Below, piece by piece: positions 62,525-64,000 of a DNA stretch of 64,000 bases; the stretch's first letter is position 1; the number at the start of each line of letters is the position of its first letter. A program made the translations under genes and the position numbers. The DNA comes from Bugula neritina (Eukaryota; Animalia; Bryozoa): positions 9,492,973 through 9,556,972 of the forward strand of contig OZ037770.1 in assembly GCA_964035545.1 (NCBI GenBank). The letters run 5' to 3'. Below the pieces are notes generated by a model, which ran no database searches, was not told the origin of the DNA, and saw only the letters and a program-made list of their open reading frames with translations.

Positions 62525-62707
62525 ATAGCATAGGTTTAATTAAATGAGACTTGTTTTATTTCAGATTTGAACATTTGATAACTTTATTTTTATAGCTGTC
62601 CCCAACGGTCGATGAACATATAAATCTTAATGATCGAATGACTGCATAAAATCCACATAACTATAGAAATCATTAAATTTTTCTTGTATCTTTCCTTTGT
62701 TTGCTAG

Positions 62708-63338
62708 CATGACACTGAGTGTGAGGAATGTAAAAACTATTGGTTAAAAGGTCAGTGTGTAAACCAATGTCCTCCAAACACAACTGCTTCTCAAACAAGC
62801 AAAATCTGCGTAACTTGTTCATCAAGTGGAAGTCAAAAAAACGTGAGCTTATATAAGCATCTAACTTTGCGTATTAATATAGTAATGATTAGATTATACA
62901 TAAACAACTTAAACACGGTACTATCTTGTTTATTGCTCTATTTTCATGCAGTAATGAACTTTTATCAGACTAAATAATTGCACTCACGAGTTAAGGATTA
63001 CATAAATTAATTTAATTGACCAATTTAAAGAAATGGTTTTGTAGTTTAATAGACTAAAAAAAGAAAACATGTTTACCCATGCCCACACGAAAACTATGTT
63101 GACTTTGCAGCAATGACTTACTTTTAACAGAAATGGTCATTTTTAGAACCTTATCGTTGTAGGATTAAAGAAAAGATGTACAAGTTACAATTGTCATATT
63201 ATGATGGAAATGGTACGCTGGACTGGTTTACACAGTTTCTACCTGGTTGTACAAACTTATGTCAAACGATAAACAATTATCTGCTAGAAATATACAACTC
63301 CACTGGTTCTCTGATAGTTAAGCAACACATTGATTCAA
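62708..63338 (+). pseudogene. Paralog fragment D: exons homologous to gene B exons 15 (62708-62842) and 16 (63163-63338)
   Basis: CEECKNYWLKGQCVNQCPPNTT and MYKLQLSYYDGNGTLDWFTQFLPGC. The first exon is 135 nt versus 134 in B (extra A in an A-run: frameshift or homopolymer error); upstream exons not found; may continue past the window end. Confidence 0.7.
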
Positions 63339-64000
63339 GTAAGAGTTGTTTGATATAATATTTCTTACTTATTGCAAATAAAAATTATAAAAATGCTCAA
63401 AATTATAAAAAAAAATTCATGTAGGCATACATAGATGCTGCAAGAATAAATTTGTTCAATTCTGTGAAAGCGTGTCAAATTGATAAAAATTTCCAATGCA
63501 TTTTTTAACAAAATTCACTTAGGTTTCTATGTAATTTCACACAAACACTATTCATTTTTGACAAAAGTGTACATGTGCAAAGAAAAATAAATGAATATCT
63601 AAAAACAACTTCACTCAGATAACTTTAATTGTGAATTTTTTCTATCTCTTTCAGTTTCTAGTATAGTTAGCAAAAGTATGTGATGCATAATAGCTTATTA
63701 GCAATGATGATCATAATGGCAATGATAACACCAGAAGTGCTATTATATTAACAGCATAACAATTATTTTTAAGAGAAGAGTAATTACACAGTTAGTTTAA
63801 GGTCACACTTTTCATTTTCTGGCTCTTTGCCAGGTGCTTTATGTTCTATATGAACAATGTTCCACTGATAGCTCGAACAGGTTGAATGTCACAGGAACAA
63901 AAAAAATATGAAAAGATAAAGAAACTTATGTTCTCCAATATACTTTTTTATTTTTTTCAAAAACCAATTCATGTTTAAGTTATAGCTTGTTGAAAAACAT

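Overview
AT-rich, intron-containing eukaryotic (invertebrate-animal-like) DNA. Host content is a cluster of paralogous EGFR/ErbB-type receptor genes. One complete copy (gene B, + strand, 19 coding exons, 37245-52269, about 1302 aa by manual splicing) reads signal peptide - L1 - furin-like CR1 interrupted by two F-type-lectin-like (F5/8C-fold) modules - L2 - CR2 - FN3-like - TM - basic tail, with NO kinase domain. A recent inverted duplicate (gene A, - strand, exons 1-5 visible, runs off the window start) differs from B almost only by amino-acid-changing substitutions. Orphan or rearranged exons of further paralogs lie at 13-28 kb and 62.7-63.3 kb. Mobile content: three near-full-length Ty3/Gypsy LTR elements plus one fragment (one carries an intact extra C2H2 zinc-finger ORF), a deleted BEL/Pao element with a Gypsy nested in its LTR, two or three MITEs, tRNA-derived SINEs, and a 274-bp hammerhead-ribozyme-bounded retrozyme-like insertion in an intronic (TA)n tract. 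All gene models and counts were made by eye and need computational confirmation.
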